Assembly (NCBI GenBank): GCA_048938105.1
Contig: JBHLMN010000015.1
Span: 64,001 to 128,000, forward strand
Length of the DNA: 64,000 nucleotides
Direction of reading: 5' to 3'
Source of the DNA: Promethearchaeota archaeon
GTDB taxonomy: Archaea; Asgardarchaeota; Heimdallarchaeia; Hodarchaeales; Hodarchaeaceae
Below the pieces are notes generated by a model. That model saw only the letters and a list, made by a program, of their open reading frames with translations. It was not told the DNA's origin and ran no database searches. This document shows positions 48,937 through 59,444 of this stretch, piece after piece. The stretch's first letter is position 1; every line of letters begins with the position of its first letter. Made by a program: the position numbers and the translations under genes.

Positions 48937-49649
48937 ACTACTTCCGTCCCATATCCGTGTCTTCGATGTTTTGGAGGAGTATACACAGCATTAATTGTCT
49001 GGCCGTTGGGTGTGGTTCCTGCTTTTCTTGCCATGGACACAATTTTATTATTGACTTTGAGGAAATAGATCATTCTTCGCTCGATGGCTTGATCGATCCG
49101 TTTCTGTGTTATTGTTGGCTCTTCAGGAGGTTGGTTCGGGACTGCCTCCTTTACAAAAGCCCTCATCCATTCAAGAATAAGTGGTTTATCACGTCTTGTT
49201 GCTGGTACAAATTCATGGGAGCCTAATGTTTTGGAGTTTACTTCCTCTAGCTGATATATACGTTCATTCATATCGAGATGAAGTTTCTTACCATGTCTCT
49301 TTGCCCATAATTGGCCAAATTTCAGTGCTCCATCTTTAAATCCGAGAATACCTGGAATATCTGGGATTTTGTTCGACAGTTCTTCCACAAGTGAAGGAAT
49401 GGTTGCCAGATCTTCGGTATAAGATATCAACTGATTATAAGGTGGTGTTCGTATGGATATTAATTTCAATACATTGTCATCAGCAATTGAAATCAATATT
49501 GGGCTGTATTCTTCACTGTATGTGTGAGGATTTTTTCTCAGGTTCTTTAGAATGCCAAAAAGTAAATTATTCTCTGCTTCATTTTTTGCTAAGAAAGGAA
49601 AGCATAAGTCACAAAATTTGCGTATATCTGAATAGAAGGTAATTTTCAC
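48792..49649 (-). CDS. GNAT-family acetyltransferase
   Basis: VYTPPKHRRHGYG, LFTDLANPTSNKIYQTVGY. Confidence 0.9.
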   Translation of the reverse strand: MKITFYSDIRKFCDLCFPFLAKNEAENNLLFGILKNLRKNPHTYSEEYSPILISIADDNVLKLISIRTPPYNQLISYTEDLATIPSLVEELSNKIPDIPGILGFKDGALKFGQLWAKRHGKKLHLDMNERIYQLEEVNSKTLGSHEFVPATRRDKPLILEWMRAFVKEAVPNQPPEEPTITQKRIDQAIERRMIYFLKVNNKIVSMARKAGTTPNGQTINAVYTPPKHRRHGYGTEVVAKLSQNILDEGKTYCFLFTDLANPTSNKIYQTVGYKPIIDVDVYLFQ

Positions 49650-49735
49650 AGTTTTTCAACTTATTAAAATCCTAGCTGCCATGTTTTTGAATCTAGTTTA
49701 GTGATCGCTGATAGAGAGTCAGTTAGATAAATCTA

Positions 49736-50029
49736 TTATTTCATCACCTTATTTACTTCTGATGCAAAAATGAGTGTGGCGGCGATATCATCAACACTCT
49801 CCCCTAGATCTTTAAAATTCTCTAATTTCTCCCTCATTGTTTGGATCATTGCTTTGTACACTGCATATTGCTTATCAAGTGGATATTTTGAGTATAAGCT
49901 CGCCATTGCAAGTAATGAGGCAATTCTTGCCGTCTTTCGCGGGTCTTTACGAAACTTTTTATCATCTGCTTTCATAAATTCCTGAAGTTTGCTAAAACGA
50001 TTAAAAACATCTAAGTAGGCTTCGGACAT
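49736..50029 (-). CDS. Small helical hypothetical protein
   Basis: ATG start with GAGG upstream; no recognised motif. Confidence 0.55.
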   Translation of the reverse strand: MSEAYLDVFNRFSKLQEFMKADDKKFRKDPRKTARIASLLAMASLYSKYPLDKQYAVYKAMIQTMREKLENFKDLGESVDDIAATLIFASEVNKVMK

Positions 50030-50328
50030 TTTCTTTTATCCTCTCTTATCAGCTTCTATTTATGTATGTTCTGAATAAAGTCATTAGTAAGGATTTTAAT
50101 AAAGTATTAGCCCTTTTTATTTATAGTTCTGAGATTTGGTAACTGACTTAAACCGAATATAAAAAATTTTATTGTATTATCATATATAATATTTAGCCAA
50201 TAATAAGTACCAGCCATCATAAGATACATTGATATTTATTTTTGCGATTGAGGCAGAAGGATACCACATGGATCTTCTCGGATTTCCTTAAATTATCAGT
50301 AAATTGGGTAAAAAAGCGGGATTAAATC

Positions 50329-50784
50329 ATGCTTACAGAGGACGAATGGTTAGATAGACTAGCAATCGAAGCACAAGAGCTCGCGCGTGAGCAACCAACT
50401 TTTCGTACAGTTGATAATAATTTAACACATTGGCGGGGAGAGATATTAGGCTCGGGTTTGTATGAAGGGGGAGTATTTTTCATTGAAATTCATATTCCTC
50501 GGAAATATCCATTTGAACCCCCCAAAGTTCGTTTTAAAACTCCAATTTGGCATGTCAACATCTTTAAAGAGAAGGTATGTGTTGGAATCTTGGGGAAGGA
50601 ATGGAGTCCCGCGTATAGTCTTGTTCAGATTGTTGAAACCATCAGATTCCTGTTAAATAGCCCGAATCCTGATGATCCGCTAAATGCCACGGCATCTCGT
50701 CAATGGAAGAAAGATCGGGAGCAATTCAGGCAACAAGCAGTGGATTATGTTAAAAGATATGCCCACTGGAATCAGCAGTACTGA
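50329..50784 (+). CDS. Ubiquitin-conjugating enzyme E2 (active-site Cys retained)
   Basis: YEGG-F, YPFEPPKVRF-T-IWHVNI...VC, WSPA, PNPDDPLN. Confidence 0.95.
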   Translation: MLTEDEWLDRLAIEAQELAREQPTFRTVDNNLTHWRGEILGSGLYEGGVFFIEIHIPRKYPFEPPKVRFKTPIWHVNIFKEKVCVGILGKEWSPAYSLVQIVETIRFLLNSPNPDDPLNATASRQWKKDREQFRQQAVDYVKRYAHWNQQY

Positions 50785-50786
50785 AT

Positions 50787-51803
50787 CTAGACGCCACGAT
50801 GGATTTCTCGTTTTACAGTGTACTTCGGAGGATGTTCTAATCGGGCAAAGATATGGTCTGCGTTGACCTCTTCTTTCAACCTATCCAACCAATCGACGTC
50901 CTCTTCGTTTTCCAAGCCCCAAATAAAAAGAGCTTTTTTGTAACCACTTTCTTCATATAAAGTAGAACTTCTAATTGATCGCAATAATATGTCCCAACCT
51001 GAAGTATCAGGTTCAGGGTACATTGGAGAGTAAGGCATGAGATGAAAGACAATGTAACCACTAATTTCAATAATTGCATCAAGATTGATTCCAAAATGAC
51101 GAATGAATCCCTCACTCCAATCAGTTTCAGGATCAACTGGAACTATCATCCCAACATCCAGATCTGGATGTTCACCTTTAGCCATTTCTGTTGCCTCTCG
51201 AAAGGCTGTGGTAATAAGATCGGCGCGCCATTCTTCAAAAATTCTCTGGATCGCAGGATCCTTCTGAATGTCGAGGTACGTAATGTCTAGGCTTGATCCA
51301 GAGATTTCAGCAAATTTTCTCACACTTCGTCGGGAAAATGAGTACTCTTGTCTGGGGAATAAAAATTCTTGTAAGATCAGTGATTTGATGGGTTTTGTGG
51401 CTACCTCGCGGGCAATATGGTTCAAGTGTTTCCAATAGCCTTCCATTGATGGGTCTACATAATCGTGTATTGCAGTTCCGTCAGATCGGCCAATGGAATA
51501 ATTAGGATCTGCGCCAAGATATGAATCACCAAATGCATAAGATATTGCATGAGTTCTAATACCCAGATCACTAGCTAATTCAGTAAAATCTGTGAAAAAA
51601 TTTTCATAATTACGATCACTGGGAGCAGCTCCAGATCGATAAGTCACTAATCCATCTTCTTTTTTACAAACTAGAGCCACTTCCTCGACTAAACCACCAT
51701 ACTCGGCTAAAAAAGCGTTTGCACCCTTTTCTGCTGGAGAATCTTTGGCTGTGGGATCAATAACGGGAATATAATTATGGTCGATTAATTGGTCAATCTT
51801 CAA
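50787..51803 (-). CDS. Putative glycoside-hydrolase-like TIM-barrel protein
   Basis: Resembles DUF4015/GHL families (YVDPS---YW, LMPYSP); weak. Confidence 0.45.
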   Translation of the reverse strand: MKIDQLIDHNYIPVIDPTAKDSPAEKGANAFLAEYGGLVEEVALVCKKEDGLVTYRSGAAPSDRNYENFFTDFTELASDLGIRTHAISYAFGDSYLGADPNYSIGRSDGTAIHDYVDPSMEGYWKHLNHIAREVATKPIKSLILQEFLFPRQEYSFSRRSVRKFAEISGSSLDITYLDIQKDPAIQRIFEEWRADLITTAFREATEMAKGEHPDLDVGMIVPVDPETDWSEGFIRHFGINLDAIIEISGYIVFHLMPYSPMYPEPDTSGWDILLRSIRSSTLYEESGYKKALFIWGLENEEDVDWLDRLKEEVNADHIFARLEHPPKYTVKREIHRGV

Positions 51804-52001
51804 TTCTCACATCTACCAACTTTGCTTAGAAGATACTTGGTTATTAGAATCTTTCTTTTTGCATTGCTTTTTAAAAATTATCCTTTCTTTTGATTTTAGT
51901 ACTTAAGAACGATTAATTATCTCCTCAAACACAAACCATTAAAAATTCGAAGATTAGAAAGGGAATAAATAATAACAAATCTCGAATCATGGTGAAACTA
52001 G

Positions 52002-52952
52002 ATGACTAATTTTGTAGAATGGGCTTCGGGAATCTATCGGGTAGTAGATGATGTTGGAAAACAGGGTGAAGAATATGCCAGCTATCTTGTTCTGGGTGAT
52101 GAAAAAATCGCTATTATCGATCTTCCTTCACGCTCTATCGGAAAAGATATCATTTCCTTTGTGAAAAAAGCTGGTCGTGACCCTTCGACAGAAATTCGAT
52201 ATCTTATTCTTACTCACACTCACCCCGATCATTGGGCTGGGATTGATTCATTAAAAAAAATCCAACCACAAGTGTGGCTTCATGAATCTGGGGTAGACGC
52301 ATTAAAAGAAGGGAAGAAATATATATTGGAGAAGCAGTTTCCTAACCCCTCTAAATTCAGCTTAGCAATGAAATCTTCCCTTTTCTCTAAAATTGGAAAA
52401 GTAAAAGAGGAGCTTATCCACCCATTTGATAAAAGTGAGACACTTGATTTGGGGGGCGAAGAACTCATTTTACAAAATTCTGGTGGCCACTCTGCCGATT
52501 CTATATTAATTCAAGCTTATCGCGGAGGATGTACTTTTATTGGAGATGAAGGTAATATATATCCAGAGAAACCAGCTGCCTTCTTTATTGACAGCACAGG
52601 AAGCCCAGACAGAAGATTAAAACTGTTAGAGTTGTTGAGCAACCTTAAAACGGAAGTAATCTGTCCTACCCATCAAAGTCCAGTCCCAAAACCCGTTGAA
52701 CTTTATATTAACGATTTAATCTTTGAACATAAGCATACCAAAGATACAATCTATGATCTGGTAGTTAGTGCAGGTGAAGCTAAAGGATTCTATATTGCAG
52801 AGGAATATCAACGCATTTTAGGTTTTAATTGGGAAACACCATTTAAAGAGTTGGGTGTTGCCGAAACAACTGTGACTGCGTTCCTTAAACAGCTAGAGAA
52901 AGAGGGAAGAGTTCGTTACGAATCCCATACTCAACGTTGGTGTATCCTCTAA
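52002..52952 (+). CDS. Metallo-beta-lactamase-fold hydrolase with C-terminal winged helix
   Basis: THTHPDH, GGHS, GD, CPTH. Confidence 0.88.
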   Translation: MTNFVEWASGIYRVVDDVGKQGEEYASYLVLGDEKIAIIDLPSRSIGKDIISFVKKAGRDPSTEIRYLILTHTHPDHWAGIDSLKKIQPQVWLHESGVDALKEGKKYILEKQFPNPSKFSLAMKSSLFSKIGKVKEELIHPFDKSETLDLGGEELILQNSGGHSADSILIQAYRGGCTFIGDEGNIYPEKPAAFFIDSTGSPDRRLKLLELLSNLKTEVICPTHQSPVPKPVELYINDLIFEHKHTKDTIYDLVVSAGEAKGFYIAEEYQRILGFNWETPFKELGVAETTVTAFLKQLEKEGRVRYESHTQRWCIL

Positions 52953-53114
52953 TATGCTTTATTTTCCTACACTTTTCATTTAAATAATAGCATAGTCTAC
53001 TTCATGTAAAAACAAAGTATAGTAAAGAAAAAATAGAGTTAGAGGTTTGAAAGTTCTATTTTCCTAATTTTTGGCCTAACTCTCCTGATTTAACCTTAAA
53101 CATATAACACATGG

Positions 53115-53564
53115 TTAATTAACAAACCATGCAGATTCTTTCATAATATCAATGTCAATGGAGATCCATTTATCTTGGGGTTGAGCTATACGCGATTCAT
53201 AGAGAAGTCGGAGATAAATGTAGGTCTCTGGTTCATATAAATATAACTCCCAAATTTTCCCTGTGTGGATTTGAAACTCCTGAACACGATTATCCCGAAT
53301 TGTACCATTAATCAGATTACATTGGATTATTTCCCCATTAATATCAGAGACATTCTTTTCAATGGTTTGAGTAAGTATCTGCAATAAATCGTCAAGATCT
53401 ATATCTTTTGTCGGATAAATGTTCCAAGTAACTGTGATGTTTTGTTTTCGGCTATTGATCCTTACTGGCAATGTTTTTGATCTATCTGAATAATAGGAAT
53501 CGATTATGCTTTCGATTTTTGGAATTAATTGTTGAAGAACCTTAGGTAGGATTTCTAAGTTCAA
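53115..53564 (-). CDS. Hypothetical protein downstream of the RING gene
   Basis: Likely TTG start at 53564 just after the RING stop; no motif recognised. Confidence 0.55.
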   Translation of the reverse strand: MNLEILPKVLQQLIPKIESIIDSYYSDRSKTLPVRINSRKQNITVTWNIYPTKDIDLDDLLQILTQTIEKNVSDINGEIIQCNLINGTIRDNRVQEFQIHTGKIWELYLYEPETYIYLRLLYESRIAQPQDKWISIDIDIMKESAWFVN

Positions 53565-53568
53565 AGAA

Positions 53569-53898
53569 TCACAACTTCCCGCGACAATAAGGACAAGTAT
53601 GGTGTTTGGCAAGCCAACGCAGCATATGATCTTGATGGGCTTTTTGATGACAATGGGGACATTCCATATATGAACTAGCATCTATTCCATAAATATCGAT
53701 TGGTTTCCAACATATCATGCATTTGACAAGTTCAAAAGGATTCCATTCTCCTATGTTTTTGCTGATCAGTTTGATATTAGATGTACTGGAGACAGGAAAT
53801 TTACTTGGAATATGAATACGATTATTATTAGTGCCTTTATCGACAGGGGATGATTGAAGACGAATCTTAGTAGGAAGCTTGAATACCTCAGGGCTCAT
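53569..53898 (-). CDS. RING-finger protein (putative E3 ligase)
   Basis: CMIC...CPHC---AH--H---WL----TCPYCR. Confidence 0.88.
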   Translation of the reverse strand: MSPEVFKLPTKIRLQSSPVDKGTNNNRIHIPSKFPVSSTSNIKLISKNIGEWNPFELVKCMICWKPIDIYGIDASSYMECPHCHQKAHQDHMLRWLAKHHTCPYCRGKL

Positions 53899-54292
53899 TT
53901 TCGGTCACATGATCCTTCAACTGTTCTAAAATATTCGATAGGTCTTCTTTTAAAGCCACCAAGTCAGCTTTTTCTACAAGTAATTGTTTCTTTGAAAAAT
54001 CTCGATTATACTCTTGTTGAGACTCAATTTTCGTTAAGATAACAATGAGATCTGCAAATGTTTCGCTCAGTCCTCCCAGTTTCTTACTGTATTTCGCCAA
54101 TTGCGAATTTATATCCACTAAGGCTTGACGGATTTGGTCCTGAAACTGGTTAATTTGTGAGAGATGATTGTTTAATGAAGCCATTTCCGCATAAACAGTG
54201 TTTATTGTAGTTTCAAGACCTTTAACTGTAGGAATGTCACCTTTAGGAGTTTTAAGGGTCTCAATCTCTACTTTTCGGGGTTCATTGGACAT
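53888..54292 (-). CDS. Coiled-coil protein
   Basis: Long heptad pattern; overlaps the RING gene start. Confidence 0.6.
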   Translation of the reverse strand: MSNEPRKVEIETLKTPKGDIPTVKGLETTINTVYAEMASLNNHLSQINQFQDQIRQALVDINSQLAKYSKKLGGLSETFADLIVILTKIESQQEYNRDFSKKQLLVEKADLVALKEDLSNILEQLKDHVTENEP

Positions 54293-54418
54293 TGTCTTTC
54301 ACATGAATCCTTTTATCTTTTGATTTGATAAATACAATCTAATTAATAAAATTCGTACCCCCAGGGGAAAAATCTTTGTATTTGATATCTGTGTATTTCG
54401 AAGATGTTATAAACGTCT

Positions 54419-55093
54419 ATGTCTAAGAATATCAATCGATACCCTGTATTTAGAGTTTTAATTAACGATGATGCTTTTCTCACGACCCCATATCGAACAA
54501 TCCACAAAAGGATCTATCATCGGATGCAAAGCAGTTTAAAAGACATCTATTCGGTGGTACTATTAGGAACAAGCGGTGTAGGGAAATCTACAATTGCTTT
54601 TTATCTAGAACATGGGTATCCTCCTCCGCGTGATATTAAACCTACGATTGCGTTCGGTATCACTCACGTAGTTATCCAAAAAACCGTGATGGGCTTGATC
54701 GATGTGGGAGGTCAGCGTAAATTCTTGGATATGCGTTATCACGAGCGTTTTGTACGCACTGCAGATGGTATGGTCTTTATTGTTGATAGCTCGAGAAGAA
54801 ATTTCAGATATGATGAGCAATGGTTTGATGACGCTCTACAATTGGTATCGAACCGGGTACCGATTCTTGTAATTGCTAATAAGCAAGATCTTCCAGGTGC
54901 TCTCTCCCCTGAATTCTTGAAAACACATTTCTTTGAAGAATTGCTGAAAAATAATGTCTATAATGTCTTTGGTACTGTGGCTGCCGACCCAGGAGGGATT
55001 AGAAGTGGTGAGAATATCCAGGTGGCTTTTCAGTACCTCATTGACCAAATGAAACTGAATCGTAAGTTTTTGATTAAACAAAGTCAAATCTAA
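54419..55093 (+). CDS. Arf-family-like small GTPase
   Basis: GTSGVGKST, PTIAF, DVGGQ, FIVDS, ANKQDL. Confidence 0.88.
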   Translation: MSKNINRYPVFRVLINDDAFLTTPYRTIHKRIYHRMQSSLKDIYSVVLLGTSGVGKSTIAFYLEHGYPPPRDIKPTIAFGITHVVIQKTVMGLIDVGGQRKFLDMRYHERFVRTADGMVFIVDSSRRNFRYDEQWFDDALQLVSNRVPILVIANKQDLPGALSPEFLKTHFFEELLKNNVYNVFGTVAADPGGIRSGENIQVAFQYLIDQMKLNRKFLIKQSQI

Positions 55094-55115
55094 TCTTAGA
55101 TAATAGAAGAAAAAC

Positions 55116-55922
55116 GTGCGTGGTATTTTGTTCGAGCAAATTACTCGTGTAACCTCAGGTGTTCCTTATTTAGATGCATTAACCTCAGGTGGTTTTATCA
55201 AGGGGACAACCAATCTGGTAATTGGTCCTGCAGGGGCTGGTAAAACCATTTTTGGCTTACATTTTCTACATGAGGGTGCACGACGGAATGAAAATGGCCT
55301 ATTGGTAGCTATGCAAGAACCCCCTTGGGCTATTCGTCGGGATGCAAGTTCTTTCTCCTTTTTTGACCATAACTTCTTTGCTGAACCAGAGAAAATTGTT
55401 ATGCTTGATTTTACTCCCTCGGGTTGGGAATTATGGGATCCCGATAGTTTAACATATACTGAAGAGTCTGAACTGATGTTAGAGGCGGAGGGGGTTCCCT
55501 ATAACGAAACCTCTCTACCTACTTTTCTTCATAAAGTGTTCTATCACATTAGTCAAGTGGTAGAAGAAAAAAAGATAGAACGTATTGTTATAGATCCCTT
55601 GGCAGCATTTCAGTTCTATGACTATGGAAATGACTTTGGATTCCTTAGAAAACTTACAACAGGATTTTTAACAAATATTTCAGCATTGAATGTTACTACT
55701 CTTGCTATATCCGAGGTTTCAGGTGGCATGGAGCATTCACTTTTCGGAGAAGAATATATTGCGGATTCTATTATTCATTTAGATACACTTTCAGTTAGAG
55801 GTGAAATGATTCGTATCTTAAGAATTGGGAAGATGCGAGCGACCAATCATACTAAACAAACGTTACGGTTTGAAATCAATCATCATGGAATCACTTTTCT
55901 TGATTCTGAAGACACAGATTGA
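55116..55922 (+). CDS. Single-domain KaiC/RAD55-like ATPase
   Basis: SGVPYLD, GPAGAGKT, RIVID, EEYIAD, KMRAT-H. Confidence 0.85.
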   Translation: MRGILFEQITRVTSGVPYLDALTSGGFIKGTTNLVIGPAGAGKTIFGLHFLHEGARRNENGLLVAMQEPPWAIRRDASSFSFFDHNFFAEPEKIVMLDFTPSGWELWDPDSLTYTEESELMLEAEGVPYNETSLPTFLHKVFYHISQVVEEKKIERIVIDPLAAFQFYDYGNDFGFLRKLTTGFLTNISALNVTTLAISEVSGGMEHSLFGEEYIADSIIHLDTLSVRGEMIRILRIGKMRATNHTKQTLRFEINHHGITFLDSEDTD

Positions 55923-56079
55923 GCTATTAACAGTATAATTCTGTTTTAAACAATTTTATAAAAGTATCACAATCCTCGATACAGAAAATCGTTGAAGAAC
56001 AGAAGGGATAAAAGATTTGGGTTCCCCATTCAATATATTTTAAAAGAGGAACTTATATGGGGTAGATCAAGTAGATCAA

Positions 56080-56334
56080 ATGAAGGAATTCATGATGCAG
56101 ATAAATGTAGTTCAAGCTATTGGAGGCGGGGAGATCACAATGACTTGTGATAAGACAGATTCGGTTGCTGCTATCAAAGAAAGAGTAGCCCAACAAAAAA
56201 GGATACCAGCTAGATCGGTCATCCTCGTATTTCAGGGAAAACAACTCGATGAAAGTGAGACCCTAAAGTCTGCTGGGATCGAAGATATGGATAAGTTATA
56301 TATGATCACACGAACTACAGGTGGCTCAACCTAA
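56080..56334 (+). CDS. Eukaryote-like ubiquitin precursor (GG plus ST extension)
   Basis: D-V--IKE-V------IP...LVFQGKQL---ETL---GI...RTTGG. Confidence 0.92.
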   Translation: MKEFMMQINVVQAIGGGEITMTCDKTDSVAAIKERVAQQKRIPARSVILVFQGKQLDESETLKSAGIEDMDKLYMITRTTGGST

Positions 56335-56434
56335 CCTAAAATTCCGTTCCCAAGATAGAACTTCGTAACTGACTTCGTAAATCCAGTGAAGCACTTTTAA
56401 ATTCTTTAGCTGGGATGGTGGTTGGGATTGTCAT

Positions 56435-57430
56435 ATGAGTGAGCGGTATAATCGTCAACTTTTGATAGAACACTGGGATCAGAAAAAAATCCAGCAAAGT
56501 ACCGTGACATTGGTTGGGCTAGGAGCATTGGGGAGTGTGGCTGGTACATCATTAGCAATGGCAGGAGTAGGAACACTCATTCTAGTTGATTTAGACACCA
56601 TCGAATTGAGTAACCTGAATAGACAATTGCTTTTTCGGGCTGCAGATATAGGAAAACCGAAGGTTAAAGTCTGTGCAAACGTATTACAGGAAATTAATCC
56701 AGACGTTAATGTTATTACGTTATACATGCCTATTGAAAAGGCTCCACGCCATGTCCTAGAAACTTCGAGTGTCATCCTTGATGGTTTAGACACATTTCAA
56801 GCTCGTCGATGGGTAAACTCATTTGCAGTAGGGGCAAACATTCCTTTGATCTCTGGAGGGATGTATAGCTTTCTAGGAAATCTTCAAGTTGTTGTCCCCC
56901 AAAAAACTCCCTGTTTAGAATGCCAGTCACTAATTCCTGAAGAAGAGCTTCAAAAAGCCTGTACACCATTTGGAGAAGTGAGAAAAGAAACTCGACCTGC
57001 TGAAAACGAAAACGAATACATTCCATACGTTTCTAGTGTATCTTTTGTCATAGGGGGTCTTATGGCTCAAGAGGCTTTAAAAATCATTCTTGGATTACCC
57101 CCCTTGAAAGAGTATCTGTTTTGGGATGGAAAGACCGAGTTGTTCACATCGGTACCTCTTGAACGTCGTGAAGATTGTATTGTTTGTTCACCACGTTACC
57201 AGTTGCAAGCTATTCCTATTCGTTCTCCTATTGACCAACAACTAGGAGATTTTATAGCTCAACTACGATACTCATTCAATCTGAGTTCTGAAATGGCATT
57301 GTTGTTTCAAACTCAGAGATTAACTGCCTCTGAAGAAAAGATAGGAAGTATCTTTCAATCAGGAGCTATTTTCAGGGTTGTTGATCCCACATTATCTACT
57401 CCCCTAAAATTCGTGATTAATATAGACTGA
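56435..57430 (+). CDS. Ubiquitin-activating enzyme E1-like (ThiF domain plus C-terminal beta-grasp-like domain)
   Basis: RYNRQ, GLGALG, D-DTIELSNLNRQ, CLEC, ACT putative catalytic Cys, CIVC. Confidence 0.9.
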   Translation: MSERYNRQLLIEHWDQKKIQQSTVTLVGLGALGSVAGTSLAMAGVGTLILVDLDTIELSNLNRQLLFRAADIGKPKVKVCANVLQEINPDVNVITLYMPIEKAPRHVLETSSVILDGLDTFQARRWVNSFAVGANIPLISGGMYSFLGNLQVVVPQKTPCLECQSLIPEEELQKACTPFGEVRKETRPAENENEYIPYVSSVSFVIGGLMAQEALKIILGLPPLKEYLFWDGKTELFTSVPLERREDCIVCSPRYQLQAIPIRSPIDQQLGDFIAQLRYSFNLSSEMALLFQTQRLTASEEKIGSIFQSGAIFRVVDPTLSTPLKFVINID

Positions 57431-57486
57431 AATCTGTGATTTAATCAACAGGTAATTGGTACAATTCTGTATCTTTTTTCTTCACG

Positions 57487-58239
57487 TTAAATAAAGTTTG
57501 GTAATAAAAAAAGAACAATGTAGACAAGGGTGAGGATACCACTAATGCCATATGAATAATATTCGTTGAGTAAATGAGCTGTACGAATACCATTTCCACA
57601 ATGATAAGCAACGAGGCCCAAAAAGGGGATGTAAAGGAGTTCAAATATAGCATAATTAGTCCAAGTTGTAGTAGTAATGGTTGCACTTTCTAATCCTGGT
57701 CCCAAAAAGGCAATTAAAATGCTGATTATTATTGAAGCAGGAATGAGAGGACCAAGTGAGTAGCCAACAATTCCTTGTGTATCCCGAAAACTAGCTTTTC
57801 CTCCAAGGGTTTTTGCTATTAGCCAAACAATAAGACTACTAATGAGCCACCCGAATATCGCTAGGATAATAAAGGCTATAGCAACAATCCAAGGAGCAAT
57901 CACGAAATATAAGAAGTGCCAATCATGCCAAGATGTATCTGCACCTTTAAAAAAGAATGCACTTAATCGAAAACCATATGCTACAGAAACAAAATATAGT
58001 ACAATTATGGCGCCAAAACGATCAGGGTTGACTCCAATCTCATTAAAAAGGCGTTTACTTTCTCTGGGGTCGAATAAACTTCGCCAAATTCGTAAAAACT
58101 TCTCTCTAATCGTGACACGAACTCGTTCTCTTGCCCGAACAATTTTTGTTAAGTCGAAGCCACAATAAGGGCAGAGAATGTAACCTGCTGGACTTCTTTC
58201 ACTACAATTGGGACAGACGAGGGATTCAGACTCAGACAT
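57487..58239 (-). CDS. Yip1-family membrane protein with N-terminal zinc ribbon
   Basis: CPNC...CPYCG; five TMs with AK-LGGKASF-D---IVGYSL-P. Confidence 0.82.
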   Translation of the reverse strand: MSESESLVCPNCSERSPAGYILCPYCGFDLTKIVRARERVRVTIREKFLRIWRSLFDPRESKRLFNEIGVNPDRFGAIIVLYFVSVAYGFRLSAFFFKGADTSWHDWHFLYFVIAPWIVAIAFIILAIFGWLISSLIVWLIAKTLGGKASFRDTQGIVGYSLGPLIPASIIISILIAFLGPGLESATITTTTWTNYAIFELLYIPFLGLVAYHCGNGIRTAHLLNEYYSYGISGILTLVYIVLFLLPNFI

Positions 58240-58448
58240 ATGTTTTCTCTCACGGAAGAGTTTTATCTTCGTGGTTCTCTACGCTTAAATTACTTTTCAC
58301 ACAGTTATTCTTAACTATTTTCTTTTGGATTCTCATTTCTATTAGATAAATTCTAAAACCCTTCGGAAGTCATTCAACCAACTGAGAAGTTTCATTATTA
58401 AAGGATCCCTCCCATTAATTATTCTTAGTTTATTTTCTTTAGGACATA

Positions 58449-59444
58449 TTACTCGACTGAAAAGGAGGAAGTCTGGTCTAATGAGAGTTTCTCTTCAATG
58501 AATTTAAACAACCACGGGACGCAAAAAATACCGAAAAACGACAAAATCGCATATCGTAAAAATCGTGCAATTAGATAAAGAGGAAATTCTTTGAAAAGCA
58601 TTCCAGCTATAGCACTCGAGCCAAAATATATGATAAAAATAATTATGAGGCCTAAAACAGCACGATAGATAAGTATTTTCTTATTTGATCTGACTTCTTT
58701 CACTTTCAGATTGATATAACGACTTTCAAGTATATAACCAGTTGATAAACCTAGAAGTAATCCTGCATATGAACTGGTGTCAGCAAGTTCAAAATCATGA
58801 CCCATTAAAACAGTGATTAAATATGACATTACTACTGCTATTATAGGAGCTATTACTGCAATTATAAAAAGAAAGGAAGGAGAAGAATTCGCAATAAATT
58901 GTTCTATTTTAGGTAAGAGGATGATATAGAGCAGTGCAATTAATATTCCGAACAATACACCAACAATTACATCTGTCGGCCAATGGACACCAAGGTAAAT
59001 TCGGGAAAGAGGAACCATAACTATCATGAAGACACTTATTATCCAAAGACCAAGGCAGCGCCAACGGGTTGCTAAAAATGTCCAAAACGACCCTACACTT
59101 GATGAATGTCCACTTGGAAATGTATAATCTGTTGGAAGTTGGCCTAGTATATCCTTGATCCCTTTTATTTCAGTTTTATTCAATCTATCATATTCAAGAT
59201 AAGGTCTTTCAAGACCAAAAAAGCCTTTTATTGTGTATGTGATGATAGCAGTAAAAATTGCTAAAAAAGCAACATGGATAGCCAGTTTTTTATCAATACA
59301 GAAGAAAAGTACAATAATTATTCCAACGACAAAGAGTTTATCGCCAAAAAGAGTGATGAATCCAAAAATAAGATCAAGATATGGACTGAAAGTTTGTAGG
59401 AAAATTATTATTTGATCATCTAAAGAACCAAGTGATTCACCCAT
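58449..59444 (-). CDS. PAP2-family lipid phosphate phosphatase
   Basis: K------RP, FPSGHS, SRIYLGVHWPTD; multi-TM; ATG at 59444 preferred. Confidence 0.9.
   Translation of the reverse strand: MGESLGSLDDQIIIFLQTFSPYLDLIFGFITLFGDKLFVVGIIIVLFFCIDKKLAIHVAFLAIFTAIITYTIKGFFGLERPYLEYDRLNKTEIKGIKDILGQLPTDYTFPSGHSSSVGSFWTFLATRWRCLGLWIISVFMIVMVPLSRIYLGVHWPTDVIVGVLFGILIALLYIILLPKIEQFIANSSPSFLFIIAVIAPIIAVVMSYLITVLMGHDFELADTSSYAGLLLGLSTGYILESRYINLKVKEVRSNKKILIYRAVLGLIIIFIIYFGSSAIAGMLFKEFPLYLIARFLRYAILSFFGIFCVPWLFKFIEEKLSLDQTSSFSVE

Noticed and set aside
42344-49649. Intact provirus call for the island
   Set aside because: No recognisable integrase, capsid, terminase or replication gene
53888-54292. SNARE or ESCRT-III/CdvA identity for the coiled-coil protein
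   Set aside because: Only generic heptads; no TM anchor, clear zero layer or Snf7 pattern visible
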